Origin: Pseudomonadota bacterium
Lineage (GTDB): Bacteria > Pseudomonadota > Gammaproteobacteria > Steroidobacterales > MnTg04
DNA: 64,000 bases
NCBI GenBank assembly: GCA_022572885.1
Contig: JACZVC010000001.1
Location: 74,638 to 138,637, forward strand
Direction: 5' to 3'
Below, piece after piece: positions 5,695-17,032 of the stretch. The translations under genes and the position numbers were made by a program. Under the pieces are notes generated by a model, which made no database searches, was not told the origin of the DNA, and was given only the letters and a program-made list of their open reading frames with translations. The stretch's first letter is position 1. Each line of letters starts with the position of its first letter.

Positions 5695-5974
5695 ATTTTA
5701 CTTTGAGTTTCCCGGAGGAGAATCTATGCTGCCAATCGAACCTGGGAAAGAACTGAAGCGCCTGGCAAAAAAAACAGATATTGGCAGGAGCCGGAAAATC
5801 GATTCCCGCTAATACTTGGTCGTGTATCGACGATAAGCGACCCCGACCGGCAGGAACCATCGCCGGTCATTCAAAAAACGATCGCACGTATACTCGCGCA
5901 ATTCACGCCAGGCTAGCGCCAGTTGGACAGTAAATAAGCCTGTACGAAGCCGCTGCCCGCCAAGCGCCAGCCTC

Positions 5975-7675
5975 TCAATAACCTGCTGCGTGCCCGTCCT
6001 TTCTGGATTCGGACGCACCGATATAAGTGCCGTTTTCCTCATCGCGGCGGATCGCCTGGTAGCCGCCAAATTTGCCGGCCGACAGGCTCACAGTGTGACC
6101 TCTTTGGGTCAGTTCCATAATGACCTGATCGTCAATTCCGGATTCCAGAAAAAGCACGCCGCCATCGCGCATTTGCCCACCGGTCGGCTGGCTGCTGCTT
6201 TCGTGGCGCAGGCGTGGCGCGTCGCCCGCCTCCTGCAGGTTCATGCCGAAATCGATCAGGTTGACCAGGATCTGCACATGCGCCTGTGGCTGCATCGGCC
6301 CACCCATAATGCCAAAACTCAGCCAGGGCTTGCCGTCTTTGGTAACGAATGCCGGGATGATGGTATGGAAAGGGCGTTTGCCCGGCTCGAAGCTGTTGGC
6401 ATGGCCCTCTTCGAGGCTGAACAACTCACCGCGGTCCTGCAAGTTGAAGCCGAGGCCGGGCGGCACCATGCCCGAACCCATGCCGCGATAATTGCTCTGG
6501 ATCAGCGAGACCATGTTGCCGTATTTATCGGCCGTCGCAAGGTAAATGGTATCGCCGTTTTCCAGCTTCGGATCTCCCGGCGGAAATACCATCGCTGCTT
6601 TGTCCATGTTCAAAAGTTTTCGCCGCCGGTCTGCGTATTCCTTCGAAATCAATTCCTTGACCGGCACATCGGCGAAATCGGGATCGGCATAGAACTTCGC
6701 CCGATCCTCGAAAGCCAGTTTCTTTGCTTCGGTCAGCACGTGCAGGTAATCAGCGCTGCCAAAACCCATTGATCGAAGATCGTAGGCTTCGAGAATGTTC
6801 AGCATCTGCAGGGCCGCGATACCCTGTCCATTCGGCGGCAGCTCCCAGACATCGTAACCGCGATAACTCGTCGAGACCGGCTCAACCCATTCGGAATGGT
6901 GACTGAGCAGATCCTCGTAGCTGAGGAAGCCGCCGTTGGCCTGCACGTGGTTGGCGATGACATGCGCCATCTCACCCTTGTAGAACACATCACGCCCGCC
7001 CTCGGCGATTTTTTCCAGGGTATTTGCCAGTCGCGGGTTCTTGAAAATCTCGCCCTTGGCGGGCGCCCGGCCATTGGGCAAATAGGTCTCACGGAACGCA
7101 GGGTAATCGCCGAGTATGGTCTCGTATTTTTTCCACAGCCAGGCGATGGATTCGCTGACCGGGAAGCCATCGCGGGCGTAATCGATCGCGGGTTCGAGTA
7201 TTTCTTTCATCGGCAGCGAGCCAAAGCGCTGATGCATCTCGAACCAGCCATCGACCGTGCCCGGCACGCTGACCGGCAGTGCCCCACGCCGTGGGATCGA
7301 CTCGTAGCCGTTGTCGATGAACCATTCCCGGGTGAGGGAGCGCGGCGAGCGCCCGCTGGCATTCAGGCCATACAGTTTCTTCGTTTTGGCGTCCCAGATT
7401 ATCGCGAACAAATCGCCGCCGATGCCGTTACCGGTCGGCTCCATCAGGCCGAGTGCGGCGTTTGCCGCGATGGCTGCGTCGATCGCGTTGCCACCGGTCT
7501 TGAGAATATCGATCGCTATCTGGGTCGCCAGCGGCTGGCTGGTCGCCGCCATGCCATGAGTTGCAATGACTTCGGAGCGGCCGGCAAAGCTGTTGCCTGA
7601 TTCTCGGTCGTATCCATATGCCATCGGGGTCACCATAAACAACATCAGTCCACTCAAAATCCACTGGCTTCGCAT
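5975..7675 (-). CDS. ggt: gamma-glutamyltranspeptidase
   Basis: 566 aa with a signal peptide (MRSQWILSGLMLFMVTPMAYG). It carries GGT family motifs ATSQPLATQIAIDILKTGGNAIDAAIAA, EPTGNGIGGDLFA and the autoprocessing-Thr region GDTIYLATADKYGNMVSLIQSNY. Confidence 0.9.
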   Translation of the reverse strand: MRSQWILSGLMLFMVTPMAYGYDRESGNSFAGRSEVIATHGMAATSQPLATQIAIDILKTGGNAIDAAIAANAALGLMEPTGNGIGGDLFAIIWDAKTKKLYGLNASGRSPRSLTREWFIDNGYESIPRRGALPVSVPGTVDGWFEMHQRFGSLPMKEILEPAIDYARDGFPVSESIAWLWKKYETILGDYPAFRETYLPNGRAPAKGEIFKNPRLANTLEKIAEGGRDVFYKGEMAHVIANHVQANGGFLSYEDLLSHHSEWVEPVSTSYRGYDVWELPPNGQGIAALQMLNILEAYDLRSMGFGSADYLHVLTEAKKLAFEDRAKFYADPDFADVPVKELISKEYADRRRKLLNMDKAAMVFPPGDPKLENGDTIYLATADKYGNMVSLIQSNYRGMGSGMVPPGLGFNLQDRGELFSLEEGHANSFEPGKRPFHTIIPAFVTKDGKPWLSFGIMGGPMQPQAHVQILVNLIDFGMNLQEAGDAPRLRHESSSQPTGGQMRDGGVLFLESGIDDQVIMELTQRGHTVSLSAGKFGGYQAIRRDEENGTYIGASESRKDGHAAGY

Positions 7676-7771
7676 TCGGGGTCTCCATCGTCGGCGATCC
7701 CTGATTGTCCCACAAAATCGTAATGGCCAGCAGGGTTGTTATACACTGGATTCTTTTGCAGGGACCACACA

Positions 7772-9094
7772 ATGACTGAGTTGGCGACGCATTACCCGGC
7801 CCACCTGGAGCGGGTGAAGGGCTATACGGACCAGGCACTGGAGGCCACCGGCTACGACGGTCTACTCATCGCCGGTGGTGCGCTGAAGATCGTTTTCCAC
7901 GACGATAACAGCTATCCGTTCAAGGCGAATCCACACCTCAGATGGTGGGCGCCGGTAACCGATAACCCAAACTGCTGGCTGCATTACCGGCCGGGCGAGA
8001 AACCGCTGTTTATCTTTTTCCGGCCAATCGATTACTGGCACGATGCGGCGCTCGCGCCGACCGATTACTGGGTCGATCATTTCGCTGTGAAACTGATCGG
8101 TGATCCGGACGAGATTCGCGATCTGCTACCCAAAGACCTATCGAAAACCGCTTTCATCGGCGAGGACACTGACAGCGCTGGCAGTTGGGGCGTATCCGCG
8201 GTCAATCCGCAACCCCTGATCGATCATCTCGACCACCACCGCGCCGCGAAATCAGGATACGAGCTCGCCTGCATGCGCGCGGCATCGAAACTGGGGTGCC
8301 GTGGCCACCGTGCGGCCGAGCGTGCATTCCGGGATGGTGCGACCGAGTTCGAAATCCATCTCGCCTACCTGCAAGCCACCGGCCATATGGAGCACCAACT
8401 CCCCTACGGCAACATCATTGCGCTCAACAATCACGGCTCGGTCTTGCATTACCAGGCCCTGGAACGGGAAAACCCGGCTGAACGATTGTCGTTCCTGATC
8501 GATGCCGGCGCGCAATGCAATGGCTATGCCTCCGATATCACGCGAACCTACGCGGCGGAAGACGGTGATTTCCAGGCCATGATTGCGGCCATGGAGAAAA
8601 CCCAGCTGGAGATATGTTCACGGGTCAAACCCGGCCTGGATTACCGCGAATTGCATTTGCAGGCCCATCTGCTGCTGGCAGGCCTCCTCGCCGACTTCGA
8701 TGTGATCAATGTCAGCGCCGAAGAAGCTGTGTCCAGCGGGCTGAGCGGCGTGTTTTTCCCGCATGGCCTGGGTCACCTGATCGGTCTGCACGTGCATGAC
8801 AACGGCGGTTTCTCCGCCGGCGCCGGCGGCGGCAGGATAGCCCCGCCAGACGGTCACCCGTACCTGCGGCTGACGCGCGTACTCGAAGAGGACTGGGTCA
8901 TGACCATCGAACCGGGGATTTATTTTATCGAGCAACTGCTGCAACCGGTTCGCGATGGCAGCGACTCGGCCAGGATTAACTGGGCCGCGATCGATAAATT
9001 CAGCCCCTACGGCGGCATCAGGGTCGAGGACAATGTGCGGGCAAGCGATGGGGCTTGCGAAAACCTGACCCGGGACGCATTTTCCGCGCTCTAA
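7772..9094 (+). CDS. pepQ: Xaa-Pro dipeptidase (M24B)
   Basis: The track ORF 7736..9094 is trimmed to ATG 7772 (MTELATHYPAHLERVKGYTDQALE...). It has M24 metal-site motifs DAGAQCNGYASDITRTY, HGLGHLIGLHVHD and TIEPGIYF. Its length of 440 aa is as in PepQ. Confidence 0.85.
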   Translation: MTELATHYPAHLERVKGYTDQALEATGYDGLLIAGGALKIVFHDDNSYPFKANPHLRWWAPVTDNPNCWLHYRPGEKPLFIFFRPIDYWHDAALAPTDYWVDHFAVKLIGDPDEIRDLLPKDLSKTAFIGEDTDSAGSWGVSAVNPQPLIDHLDHHRAAKSGYELACMRAASKLGCRGHRAAERAFRDGATEFEIHLAYLQATGHMEHQLPYGNIIALNNHGSVLHYQALERENPAERLSFLIDAGAQCNGYASDITRTYAAEDGDFQAMIAAMEKTQLEICSRVKPGLDYRELHLQAHLLLAGLLADFDVINVSAEEAVSSGLSGVFFPHGLGHLIGLHVHDNGGFSAGAGGGRIAPPDGHPYLRLTRVLEEDWVMTIEPGIYFIEQLLQPVRDGSDSARINWAAIDKFSPYGGIRVEDNVRASDGACENLTRDAFSAL

Positions 9095-9096
9095 AC

Positions 9097-9126
9097 AAAA
9101 AACCGCGGGTGAACGCGGTTTTTTTG
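9097..9126. terminator. bidirectional intrinsic terminator between pepQ and rplQ
   Basis: The stem aaccgcg (9101-9107) / cgcggtt (9114-9120) is flanked by an A-run on the left and a T-run on the right, so it is followed by U-runs on both strands. Confidence 0.6.
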
Positions 9127-9175
9127 GTGCGGCTGACAGACTATCCAGCCTGCCTGGCCTTATTGTTGCTGTGGT

Positions 9176-9547
9176 TTATTCGCTGGCGGGCGTTTCCTCG
9201 ACCAGTTTGACCACCGCCATCGGGGCTGAATCGCCCGGTCGCAACCCTGCCTTCAGAATGCGCAGGTAACCGCCGGGACGGTTGACGTAGCGTGGACCGA
9301 TTTCGGTAAAAAGTTTGCCCACGGCTTCCTTGTCGCGCAGGCGATCGAAAGCGCGGCGGCGCTGTGCAACGCCATCGGTCTTGGCCAGCGTGATCAGCGG
9401 CTCGACAACCCGGCGCAGTTCCTTGGCCTTCGGCAGCGTGGTGCGGATGGTTTCATGACGCAGCAAGGACACCGCCATGTTCTTGAACATGGCTTTGCGG
9501 TGCGAGCTGTTGCGCCCGAGTCTGCGGCCGGATTTGCGATGATGCAT
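9176..9547 (-). CDS. rplQ: 50S ribosomal protein L17
   Basis: [25 protein letters not shown]...[19 protein letters not shown] is the conserved L17 sequence. It is the last gene of the alpha operon. Confidence 0.95.
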   Translation of the reverse strand: MHHRKSGRRLGRNSSHRKAMFKNMAVSLLRHETIRTTLPKAKELRRVVEPLITLAKTDGVAQRRRAFDRLRDKEAVGKLFTEIGPRYVNRPGGYLRILKAGLRPGDSAPMAVVKLVEETPASE

Positions 9548-9588
9548 GTTATTGATTCCAATTCATGAAGAGAGCGGATCCGCGCGGA

Positions 9589-10593
9589 TCAGGCAATAAC
9601 CCGCTCTTCTTCAGGTTGCAGGCTGGGTGGCGGCCAGTTTTCCAGGCGCATGCCCAGCGACAGTTCATGGCTGAGCAAAACTTCCTTGATCTCTGTCAGC
9701 GACTTCTTGCCCAGGTTCGGCGTGCGCAGCAGTTCAACTTCGGTACACTGAACGAGGTCGCCGATGTAGTTAATGCTTTCCGCCTTCAGGCAGTTTGCCG
9801 AGCGAACCGTCAACTCAAGATCGTCAACCGGGCGCAGCAGGATCGGATCGATCTGCGCTTCTGCCGTGCTCGCCGCCATGTCATCCTGCCCTTGCAGGTC
9901 GACGAATACCGAGAGCTGATCCTTGAGAATGCTGCCGGCACGGCGTATCGCTTCCTCCGGATCGATCGCGCCGTTGGTTTCGATATCGATGATCAGCTTG
10001 TCGAGGTCGGTGCGCTGCTCGACACGGGCCGCCTCGACGCTGTACGTCACGCGGCGAATCGGGCTGAACGAGGCGTCGAGCTGCAGGACGCCGATCTCGC
10101 GCGAAGCCTCGTCAAAGCTGACCCGCTGCTTGGCCGGTAGATAGCCGCGGCCACGCCGGATTTTCAAAGTCATGCGAAGCTCACCTTTCTTGGTCAGGTT
10201 CGCAATGACAAAATCGGGGTTGACCACTTCGATATCGTGATCGACGGCTATATCGCCGGCGGTCACCGGGCCGGGGCCTTTCTTGACCAGGCTCAGCGTC
10301 GCTTCCTCGCGCGTGTGCATGCACAACGCAACTTGCTTGAGGTTGAGCAGGATATCGACGATGTCTTCCTGCACGCCTTCGATGCTGGTGTACTCGTGCA
10401 GCACACCCTCGATTTCCGCCTCGACAATGGCGCTACCGGGCATCGAAGACAAAAGGATACGACGCAGGGCGTTGCCCAGCGTGTGGCCAAAACCACGCTC
10501 GAACGGTTCGATAACCACTCGGGCCTGGTTTTCATCGCGGGAAATCAGCTTGACGACCCGTGGCTTGAGAAAATCTGTAGTGCTATCCAGCAT
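9589..10593 (-). CDS. rpoA: DNA-directed RNA polymerase alpha subunit
   Basis: 334 aa. [18 protein letters not shown] and the C-terminal domain [20 protein letters not shown] are diagnostic. Confidence 0.95.
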   Translation of the reverse strand: MLDSTTDFLKPRVVKLISRDENQARVVIEPFERGFGHTLGNALRRILLSSMPGSAIVEAEIEGVLHEYTSIEGVQEDIVDILLNLKQVALCMHTREEATLSLVKKGPGPVTAGDIAVDHDIEVVNPDFVIANLTKKGELRMTLKIRRGRGYLPAKQRVSFDEASREIGVLQLDASFSPIRRVTYSVEAARVEQRTDLDKLIIDIETNGAIDPEEAIRRAGSILKDQLSVFVDLQGQDDMAASTAEAQIDPILLRPVDDLELTVRSANCLKAESINYIGDLVQCTEVELLRTPNLGKKSLTEIKEVLLSHELSLGMRLENWPPPSLQPEEERVIA

Positions 10594-10611
10594 TGATCGA
10601 TACCTTCACAT

Positions 10612-11232
10612 TTACTTGGAGTACAACTCGACAATCAGGTTTTCATTGATATCCGGAAGAATCTCGTCTCTTTCCGGGACAGCCTTGAAAACACCGCTCA
10701 TTTTTTTCACATCTACCTCGACCCAGTCCGGCAAACCTACCTGGCCGGCAATATCGATCGAAGCCTTGATACGGTCCTGCTTGCGCGCTTTTTCGCGTAT
10801 GGAAATCTCATCGCCCGCTGCCACCTGGTAGGAAGGAATGTTGGCGACCTTGCCGTTGACCAGCACGGATTTGTGACTGACCAGCTGGCGAGCTTCGGCA
10901 CGGGTGCGGGCGAAACCCATGCGGTAAACCACGTTGTCCAGGCGACTTTCCAGCAGCTTGAGCAACAGTTCGCCGGTCGCGCCTTTGCGGCCGGCCGCAT
11001 TCTTGTAATAGTTGCGGAACTGGCGCTCCAGCACCCCATACATGCGGCGCAGTTTCTGTTTCTCGCGCAATTGCAGACCGTAATCCGACAACCGCGTACG
11101 GCGCTGACCCGGTCCGCCAGGGGGCACGTCCAGCTTGCACTTTGATTCCAGTGGCCGGACCCCGCTTTTGAGGAACAGATCGGTTCCCTCGCGGCGTGAC
11201 AGCTTACACTTTGGACCTGTATACCTTGCCAT
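10612..11232 (-). CDS. rpsD: 30S ribosomal protein S4
   Basis: 206 aa, [24 protein letters not shown]...; alpha-operon position. Confidence 0.95.
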   Translation of the reverse strand: MARYTGPKCKLSRREGTDLFLKSGVRPLESKCKLDVPPGGPGQRRTRLSDYGLQLREKQKLRRMYGVLERQFRNYYKNAAGRKGATGELLLKLLESRLDNVVYRMGFARTRAEARQLVSHKSVLVNGKVANIPSYQVAAGDEISIREKARKQDRIKASIDIAGQVGLPDWVEVDVKKMSGVFKAVPERDEILPDINENLIVELYSK

Positions 11233-11241
11233 CTTTATTCC

Positions 11242-11628
11242 TCAGACTCTGCGCTTTTTCGGCGGACGACAACCGTTGTGGGGTATCGGCGTCACGTCAG
11301 CGATACTGGTGATGCGGAAACCGACTGAATTCAGCGAACGAACGGCTGCTTCACGCCCCGGGCCTGGACCGTTGACGCGAACCTCCAGATTCTTGATACC
11401 GAATTCCAGCGCCGCGTTGCCCGCTTTCTCGGCAGCAACCTGGGCAGCAAAGGGCGTACTCTTGCGCGATCCACGAAAGCCACAGCCCCCCGCGGTCGCC
11501 CATGAAAGGGTATTGCCCTGGCGATCGGTTATGGTGATGATGGTGTTGTTAAAGGACGCATGGATGTGAGCGATGGCGTCTGCCACCTGTTTTTTCACTT
11601 TCTTGCGTGCCTTGGTCTGGGTTGCCAT
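11242..11628 (-). CDS. rpsK: 30S ribosomal protein S11
   Basis: 128 aa, ...[44 protein letters not shown]... Confidence 0.95.
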   Translation of the reverse strand: MATQTKARKKVKKQVADAIAHIHASFNNTIITITDRQGNTLSWATAGGCGFRGSRKSTPFAAQVAAEKAGNAALEFGIKNLEVRVNGPGPGREAAVRSLNSVGFRITSIADVTPIPHNGCRPPKKRRV

Positions 11629-11681
11629 ATTTGTATCCTGAATATCTGCTGTGCGCCCTTAGCGGCGCCACTTCAAAAAAA

Positions 11682-12038
11682 CTATTTCCTGACCAAGCGC
11701 CGCGGTCCCTTGCGGGTGCGCGCGTTGGTACGGGTACGCTGGCCGTGCACTGGCAGGCCGCGTCGATGACGAATTCCGCGGTAGCACCCCAAATCCAATA
11801 GCCGCTTGATGTTGATCGCAACCTCGCGGCGCAAATCACCTTCGACCGTGTAGTTGGCAACCGCGCCACGAATACGCTCGACTTCGGGCTCGCTCAGTTC
11901 ACTGACCTGGGTCGCGGGATCAATATCCGCGGCCGAACAAATCTTACCAGCGCTGCTTCTCCCCACACCATAAATGTGCTGCAGACCAATGACGATGTGC
12001 TTGTTGGTCGGTATGTTTATTCCAGCAATTCGAGCCAT
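11682..12038 (-). CDS. rpsM: 30S ribosomal protein S13
   Basis: 118 aa, [26 protein letters not shown]... Confidence 0.95.
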   Translation of the reverse strand: MARIAGINIPTNKHIVIGLQHIYGVGRSSAGKICSAADIDPATQVSELSEPEVERIRGAVANYTVEGDLRREVAINIKRLLDLGCYRGIRHRRGLPVHGQRTRTNARTRKGPRRLVRK

Positions 12039-12099
12039 TAAAGGCGCTCCTCAAAGCCAGCGCGAAGCCGGCCAGTATATGAAAACCAGTGCTTAAAAT

Positions 12100-12213
12100 C
12101 TATCCTTGCCGCTGCTTGTGGCGGGGGTCCGTACAAATCACCCTGACCACGCGATTGCGGCGAATGATTTTGCAATTCCGGCAAATCTTCTTCACCGATG
12201 CACGCACTTTCAT
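12100..12213 (-). CDS. rpmJ: 50S ribosomal protein L36
   Basis: Manual reverse translation from cat at 12211-12213 gives [37 protein letters not shown], the conserved L36 with CxxC...C...H ligands. It is too short for the ORF track. The coordinates assume the frame implied by + ORF 12089..12337 (see the rejected note). Confidence 0.8.
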   Translation of the reverse strand: MKVRASVKKICRNCKIIRRNRVVRVICTDPRHKQRQG

Positions 12214-12250
12214 GATCTATCTCCCATCAAAACCTGAGCCAGGCAGGACC

Positions 12251-13588
12251 TCAGGCCCTGGACCCACTACCATAACCGCGCAGACTCGATTTCTTCATCA
12301 AACCTTCGTACTGATGAGACATCATGTGCGCCTGTAGCTGGCCCATGAAGTCCATCACCACAACAACAATAATCAGCAAAGAAGTCCCACCGAAGTAGAA
12401 CGGCACCTGCCAGTACATAATCATGAATTCCGGCAACAGGCACACGGTGGCAACGTAAAACGCCCCCCACATCGTCAGCCGGGTCAGCACTTTGTCCAGG
12501 TACTCCGCCGTTTGGTGGCCGGGCCGCATGCCCGGAATAAAGGCACCGGATTTTTTCAGGTTGTCGGCGGTGTCCCTGGAGTTAACCGTCAGGGCAGTAT
12601 AAAAAAAGCAGAAAAAGATAATCAGCGAACCGTACAGCAGGATGTAAACCGGCTGACCGGGCGACAGGCTCGCAGCTATGGTCTGCAGCCAGCCGACGTT
12701 ATCGCTGGCACCGAACCAGCCCGCAATCGTCGCCGGGAACAGGATGATGCTGCTCGCGAAAATCGGCGGAATTACACCCGACATGTTGAGCTTGAATGGC
12801 AGATGCGAACTCTGGCCCTGCACCATCCTGCGGCCCTGCATGCGCCGTGCGTAATGCACCGGGATGCGGCGTTGGCCGCGCTCGACGAAGACCACGAAAG
12901 CGGTAACGCCCAGCACCAGGATAAAGAGGATCAGCGCCAGCGCCGGCAGCATCTGGCCGGTGCGCACCAGCTCGAAGGTACCGCCGATCGCCGATGGCAA
13001 ACCGGAAATAATACTGGCCAGGATGATCATCGAAATACCGTTGCCAATCCCGCGCTCGGTGACCTGCTCGCCCAGCCACATCAGGAACATGGTTCCGGTG
13101 ACCAGGCTGACTGCCGCCGTGAAAACAAAGGCGGTGCCAGGAGTGACCACCACGGCCTGGCTTTGCAGGGCGGTAGCAGCGGCAATTGATTGAAAGCCGG
13201 CCAGCCCAACCGTGGCAAAGCGCGTGTACTGCGTAATCTTGCGGCGTCCGGCCTCGCCTTCCTTGCGCATCTGCTGCAAGGTAGGGACGACGTGGCTCAT
13301 CATTTGCATGATGATGGACGCGGAAATATAGGGCATGATGCCCAGCGCGAGAATACTCATGCGCTCCAGCGCGCCGCCGGAAAACATGTTGAAAACGTCA
13401 AGCAAGGTACCGCTTTGTTGATCGAACAAGGCAGCCATCGCTACCGGATCGACGCCTGGCACCGGGATAAACGTACCCACGCGATAGACGATCAGTGCGC
13501 CGACCAGGAATATCAGGCGCGTGCGCAACTCGGAGAAACGCGAAGCTTCACCGAGAGCCGCTGCTGGATTTCTTATTCCCTTTGCCAC
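12251..13588 (-). CDS. secY: preprotein translocase subunit SecY
   Basis: 445 aa, multi-pass membrane protein, ...[26 protein letters not shown]...; located at the end of the spc operon. Confidence 0.95.
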   Translation of the reverse strand: MAKGIRNPAAALGEASRFSELRTRLIFLVGALIVYRVGTFIPVPGVDPVAMAALFDQQSGTLLDVFNMFSGGALERMSILALGIMPYISASIIMQMMSHVVPTLQQMRKEGEAGRRKITQYTRFATVGLAGFQSIAAATALQSQAVVVTPGTAFVFTAAVSLVTGTMFLMWLGEQVTERGIGNGISMIILASIISGLPSAIGGTFELVRTGQMLPALALILFILVLGVTAFVVFVERGQRRIPVHYARRMQGRRMVQGQSSHLPFKLNMSGVIPPIFASSIILFPATIAGWFGASDNVGWLQTIAASLSPGQPVYILLYGSLIIFFCFFYTALTVNSRDTADNLKKSGAFIPGMRPGHQTAEYLDKVLTRLTMWGAFYVATVCLLPEFMIMYWQVPFYFGGTSLLIIVVVVMDFMGQLQAHMMSHQYEGLMKKSSLRGYGSGSRA

Positions 13589-13614
13589 GATATGCTTTTC
13601 GTCCGCTGTGCCTG

Positions 13615-14061
13615 TTACTCGATTTTTCCGCCGGCAGCCTCAATGGCTGCCCGAGCGCCTTTGGTCACCAGCAAACCCTTGACGGTAACCGCCTTGTCGA
13701 TTTTGCCCGAAGCAATGACCTTGATCCGGTCCGCGCGCGCAGGCACCAATCCCGCTTTTTTCAATGCGAGATCATCGACCACATCTTCAGTGGCCCCCTT
13801 TTCACAGGCAATGACCAACTCATGCAACCTGACCTCGGCTGCAAAACGGGCCTTGCGCGAGGCGAAGCCGACTTTGGGCAGACGCCGCTGCAACGGCATC
13901 TGGCCGCCTTCGAAGCCGACCTTGTGATAACCGCCGGATCGCGCATGCTGCCCCTTATGGCCACGGCCACAGGTCTTGCCCTGACCGGCGGAATGCCCGC
14001 GGCCCATGCGCTTACCGGCCTTCTTACTGCCCTCGGCGGGCTTTAAATCGTTGAGTCTCAT
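13615..14061 (-). CDS. rplO: 50S ribosomal protein L15
   Basis: 148 aa, [38 protein letters not shown]... Confidence 0.95.
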   Translation of the reverse strand: MRLNDLKPAEGSKKAGKRMGRGHSAGQGKTCGRGHKGQHARSGGYHKVGFEGGQMPLQRRLPKVGFASRKARFAAEVRLHELVIACEKGATEDVVDDLALKKAGLVPARADRIKVIASGKIDKAVTVKGLLVTKGARAAIEAAGGKIE

Positions 14062-14062
14062 C

Positions 14063-14251
14063 TTAGACTTCCTCGACCTTGAGCAGGTACGAAATCTTGT
14101 TGATCATGCCGCGGTTTTGCGGCGTATCCAGAACCGTCACGCTGTGGTTCATGCGCCGCAGCCCCAGGCCACGCACACAATCACGGTGCTTGGGCAAGCG
14201 GCCAAAACGACTCTTCACCAGAGTGACTTTCAACTGTTTCTTATCTGCCAT
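14063..14251 (-). CDS. rpmD: 50S ribosomal protein L30
   Basis: The track ORF 14063..14299 is trimmed to ATG at 14251, giving [38 protein letters not shown]... (62 aa). Confidence 0.9.
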   Translation of the reverse strand: MADKKQLKVTLVKSRFGRLPKHRDCVRGLGLRRMNHSVTVLDTPQNRGMINKISYLLKVEEV

Positions 14252-14255
14252 GGTT

Positions 14256-14759
14256 TTAACCCAGAATCTCTTCCACAGACTTGCCGCGCTTTGCGGCAAT
14301 GGTCTCTGGAGAATGCATCCCCAGCAGACCGTTGATAGTCGCGCGTACTACGTTGATCGGGTTCCGCGAACCATAACTCTTGGCCAGCACGTTGCGCACG
14401 CCGGCACACTCGAGTACGGCACGCATCGCGCCACCGGCAATCACACCGGTGCCTTCGGACGCAGGTTGCATGTACACCCGGGTCGCGCCATGACGACCGT
14501 TAAGGGCGTATTGCAAGGTGTCGTCCTTCAAGGCCACGGTCTGCAGGTTCTTGCGCGCGGCCTGCATGGCCTTTTGAATGGCGATCGGCACTTCGCGCGC
14601 CTTGCCATAACCAAAACCGACCCGGCCCTTGCCATCGCCGACCACGGTCAACGCGGTGAAACCGAACTGGCGGCCACCTTTGACAACCTTGGCGACGCGG
14701 TTAACGGTTACCAGCTTTTCAACCAGATCGTCGCTTGGACCTCTATCAAACTTAGCCAT
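14256..14759 (-). CDS. rpsE: 30S ribosomal protein S5
   Basis: ...[43 protein letters not shown]... The track start 14765 is a TTG; ATG at 14759 is preferred. Confidence 0.93.
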   Translation of the reverse strand: MAKFDRGPSDDLVEKLVTVNRVAKVVKGGRQFGFTALTVVGDGKGRVGFGYGKAREVPIAIQKAMQAARKNLQTVALKDDTLQYALNGRHGATRVYMQPASEGTGVIAGGAMRAVLECAGVRNVLAKSYGSRNPINVVRATINGLLGMHSPETIAAKRGKSVEEILG

Positions 14760-14806
14760 ATGCAAAAACTCTTCCTGCTAGAACCCTGTCCGACCCCACA
14801 ACGGGA

Positions 14807-15160
14807 TCAGAACTCCAGGCCGCCCTCGCGGGCGGCATCGGCCAGCGCCTTGACGCGGCCATGAAAACGAAATCCGGAACGATCGAAGGCGACGCGCTTG
14901 ACACCCGCTTTTTTCGCCTTCTCGGCAATTGCCTTGCCGACCACCGTTGCCGCTTCGACATTGCCGGTCTTCTTGACCGAAGCCCGCACATCTTTCTGCA
15001 CCGTCGAAGCCGCGACAACAACCTTGCCGCCGGTCTGATCGATAATCTGGGCATAGATGTGCCGCGGCGTGCGATGCACGGTCAGGCGGAACTCACCCAG
15101 ATCCATAATTCTGGCGCGGGTCTTGCGTGCCCGGCGCAAACGCGTTTTCTTGCTATCCAT
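14807..15160 (-). CDS. rplR: 50S ribosomal protein L18
   Basis: 117 aa, ...[17 protein letters not shown]...[22 protein letters not shown]. Confidence 0.95.
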   Translation of the reverse strand: MDSKKTRLRRARKTRARIMDLGEFRLTVHRTPRHIYAQIIDQTGGKVVVAASTVQKDVRASVKKTGNVEAATVVGKAIAEKAKKAGVKRVAFDRSGFRFHGRVKALADAAREGGLEF

Positions 15161-15167
15161 TCCTCAC

Positions 15168-15701
15168 CTACTTCTTCTTCGCTTCCTTGATCCGGACCTG
15201 CTCATCGACATAGCGAACACCCTTACCCTTATAGGGCTCCGGTGGACGATAAGCGCGTATCTCGGCAGCGACCTGGCCGACTTTCTGCTTATCGACTCCC
15301 TTGACCACTACTTCCGTCTGGCTCGGGGTTTCGACCGTGACGCCTTCCGGCACCTGGTAATTGACCGGGTGCGAGAAGCCCAGCGTTAGTTTCAGCATAT
15401 TGCCCTGCACTACCGCACGGTAACCGACGCCACGCAGTTCCAGCTTGCGCTCGTAACCGACGGTCACGCCCTGAATCATGTTGGCCAGCAAGGCGCGGGT
15501 TGTTCCGGCGATCGCAATGACCGATTTTTCTTCACGACGAACCTTGACGCTCAGCGCACCGTCCACCTGCTCCACCTGTATATCCGCATGCAGGTTGAGG
15601 GTCAGGTTGCCCTTGCTGCCCTTAATGCTCACCTGGCTGCCGCTCAGATTCACTTCCACGCCACTCGGCAACTCAACCGGTTGTTTGGCAACTCTAGACA
15701 T
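15168..15701 (-). CDS. rplF: 50S ribosomal protein L6
   Basis: The track ORF is trimmed to ATG at 15701, giving MSRVAKQPVELPSGVEVNLSGSQVSIKGSKG... (177 aa). Confidence 0.93.
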   Translation of the reverse strand: MSRVAKQPVELPSGVEVNLSGSQVSIKGSKGNLTLNLHADIQVEQVDGALSVKVRREEKSVIAIAGTTRALLANMIQGVTVGYERKLELRGVGYRAVVQGNMLKLTLGFSHPVNYQVPEGVTVETPSQTEVVVKGVDKQKVGQVAAEIRAYRPPEPYKGKGVRYVDEQVRIKEAKKK

Positions 15702-15736
15702 CGTTAAACTCGCTATACGATATTCATTAAGGTGTC

Positions 15737-16132
15737 TTAAGACACCAAACACAAAATCTCACCGCCATGGCCCTGCTTGCGAGCTTCGCGGTCAGTCATC
15801 ACACCACGGGACGTAGACACGATCGCCACCCCGAGGCCACCCAAAACTCTGGGCAGATCATCCTTGCCAAGGTAACTGCGCAGACCCGGGCGGCTGGCGC
15901 GCTTAAGCGACTCGATCACGGGCTTGCCTTCAAAATATTTCAAATCCACATGCAGCGTGCTGTGGCTGCCATTGACCTCGGTCTGGAATTCGATGATATA
16001 GCCTTCATCCTTGAGAACTTTGGCAATCGCCTGTTTGATTTTCGAGCCGGGCATGCTGACGCGAACCATACCGGCCTTTTGGCCATTACGGATGCGGGTC
16101 AACATATCGGCAATTGGATCGCTCATGCTCAT
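15737..16132 (-). CDS. rpsH: 30S ribosomal protein S8
   Basis: 131 aa, [21 protein letters not shown]... Confidence 0.95.
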   Translation of the reverse strand: MSMSDPIADMLTRIRNGQKAGMVRVSMPGSKIKQAIAKVLKDEGYIIEFQTEVNGSHSTLHVDLKYFEGKPVIESLKRASRPGLRSYLGKDDLPRVLGGLGVAIVSTSRGVMTDREARKQGHGGEILCLVS

Positions 16133-16159
16133 TTTCGTAATCCTGTTTAAATATTCCGC

Positions 16160-16465
16160 TTACCAACTGGCCTTGCGCAGACCTGGTATCTCGCCATTCA
16201 TCGTGGCTTCGCGAAGTTTGTTCCGGCCGAGACCGAACTTGCGATAAAAACCCTTGGGACGGCCGGTAATTGCGCACCGATTGCGCATCCGGGTCGGACT
16301 GGAATTGCGTGGCAAAGCCTGTATTTTCCTCATTGCCGCCATCCTCTCTTCGAGGCTGTTGTTAACGTTGCCGATAATCTCTTTGAGGAGCGCGCGTTTC
16401 GCCGCATAGCGCTGTACGCAACGGGCGCGCTTGACATCTCTTGCGATCATGGATTTTTTAGCCAT
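16160..16465 (-). CDS. rpsN: 30S ribosomal protein S14 (long, non-zinc form)
   Basis: 101 aa, [15 protein letters not shown]...[36 protein letters not shown]... Confidence 0.95.
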   Translation of the reverse strand: MAKKSMIARDVKRARCVQRYAAKRALLKEIIGNVNNSLEERMAAMRKIQALPRNSSPTRMRNRCAITGRPKGFYRKFGLGRNKLREATMNGEIPGLRKASW

Positions 16466-16479
16466 TCCAATCGTCCTTT

Positions 16480-17019
16480 TTATTTCTTGAACGGAAAGTT
16501 GAACGCTTCCAGAAGCGCCCTTCCCTGTTCGTCATTCTTTGCCGTCGTGGTAATCGTGATGTCCATGCCGCGAATCGAATCGATATGGTCGAATTCGATT
16601 TCCGGAAATATGATCTGCTCCTGCACGCCCATGCTGAAGTTGCCGCGGCCATCGAACGACTTCGCGCTGAGGCCACGAAAATCGCGGATTCGCGGGATCG
16701 CGATATTCACCAGGCGGTCCAGAAACTCGTACATGCGCTCACGCCGCAAGGTGACTTTCGCGCCGATCGGGTAGCCATCGCGAATCTTGAAGCTGGCCAC
16801 TGATTTGCGGGCACGCGTAACCAGCGCCTTCTGACCGGACAAACGGGCCAGGTCCGCAGTCGCCTTTTCCATCACCTTGCGGTCGGCGACCGCCTCTCCA
16901 ATACCCATGTTGACGGTTATCTTGCTGATCTTCGGAACCTCCATTGGGTTTTTCAGGTTCAGCTTTTTCATCAGCGCCGGGGCAACTGTTTTTTTGTAAT
17001 GTTCCTGTAATCTGGACAT
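16480..17019 (-). CDS. rplE: 50S ribosomal protein L5
   Basis: The track ORF is trimmed to ATG at 17019, giving [43 protein letters not shown]... (179 aa). Confidence 0.93.
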   Translation of the reverse strand: MSRLQEHYKKTVAPALMKKLNLKNPMEVPKISKITVNMGIGEAVADRKVMEKATADLARLSGQKALVTRARKSVASFKIRDGYPIGAKVTLRRERMYEFLDRLVNIAIPRIRDFRGLSAKSFDGRGNFSMGVQEQIIFPEIEFDHIDSIRGMDITITTTAKNDEQGRALLEAFNFPFKK

Positions 17020-17032
17020 CGTCATTACTCTC

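Noticed and set aside
4559-5714. Shared 9-mer gagtttccc just after two putative cassette junctions (4559-4567 and 5706-5714).
   Set aside because: A single 9-nt coincidence with no extended similarity around it is insufficient to call a repeat.
5645-6069. Minus-strand ORFs 5645..5860 (71 aa) and 5809..6069 (86 aa) as candidate genes or an integrase remnant at the array end.
   Set aside because: The 86-aa ORF overlaps the ggt 3' end by ~95 nt. Neither shows tyrosine-recombinase motifs (no R..HxxR..Y context) or any family signature.
12100-12213. Apparent +1 frameshift in rpmJ. My manual read of the line break at 12180/12181 gave ccgggcaaatc, which would break the L36 frame after codon 11.
   Set aside because: The computed + strand ORF 12089..12337 translates ...[13 protein letters not shown]..., which is only possible with ccggcaaatc. 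Its start and end coordinates fit an intact 114-nt rpmJ at 12100-12213. I attribute the discrepancy to my own miscounting and not to the sequence. A direct re-translation of 12100-12213 would settle it.
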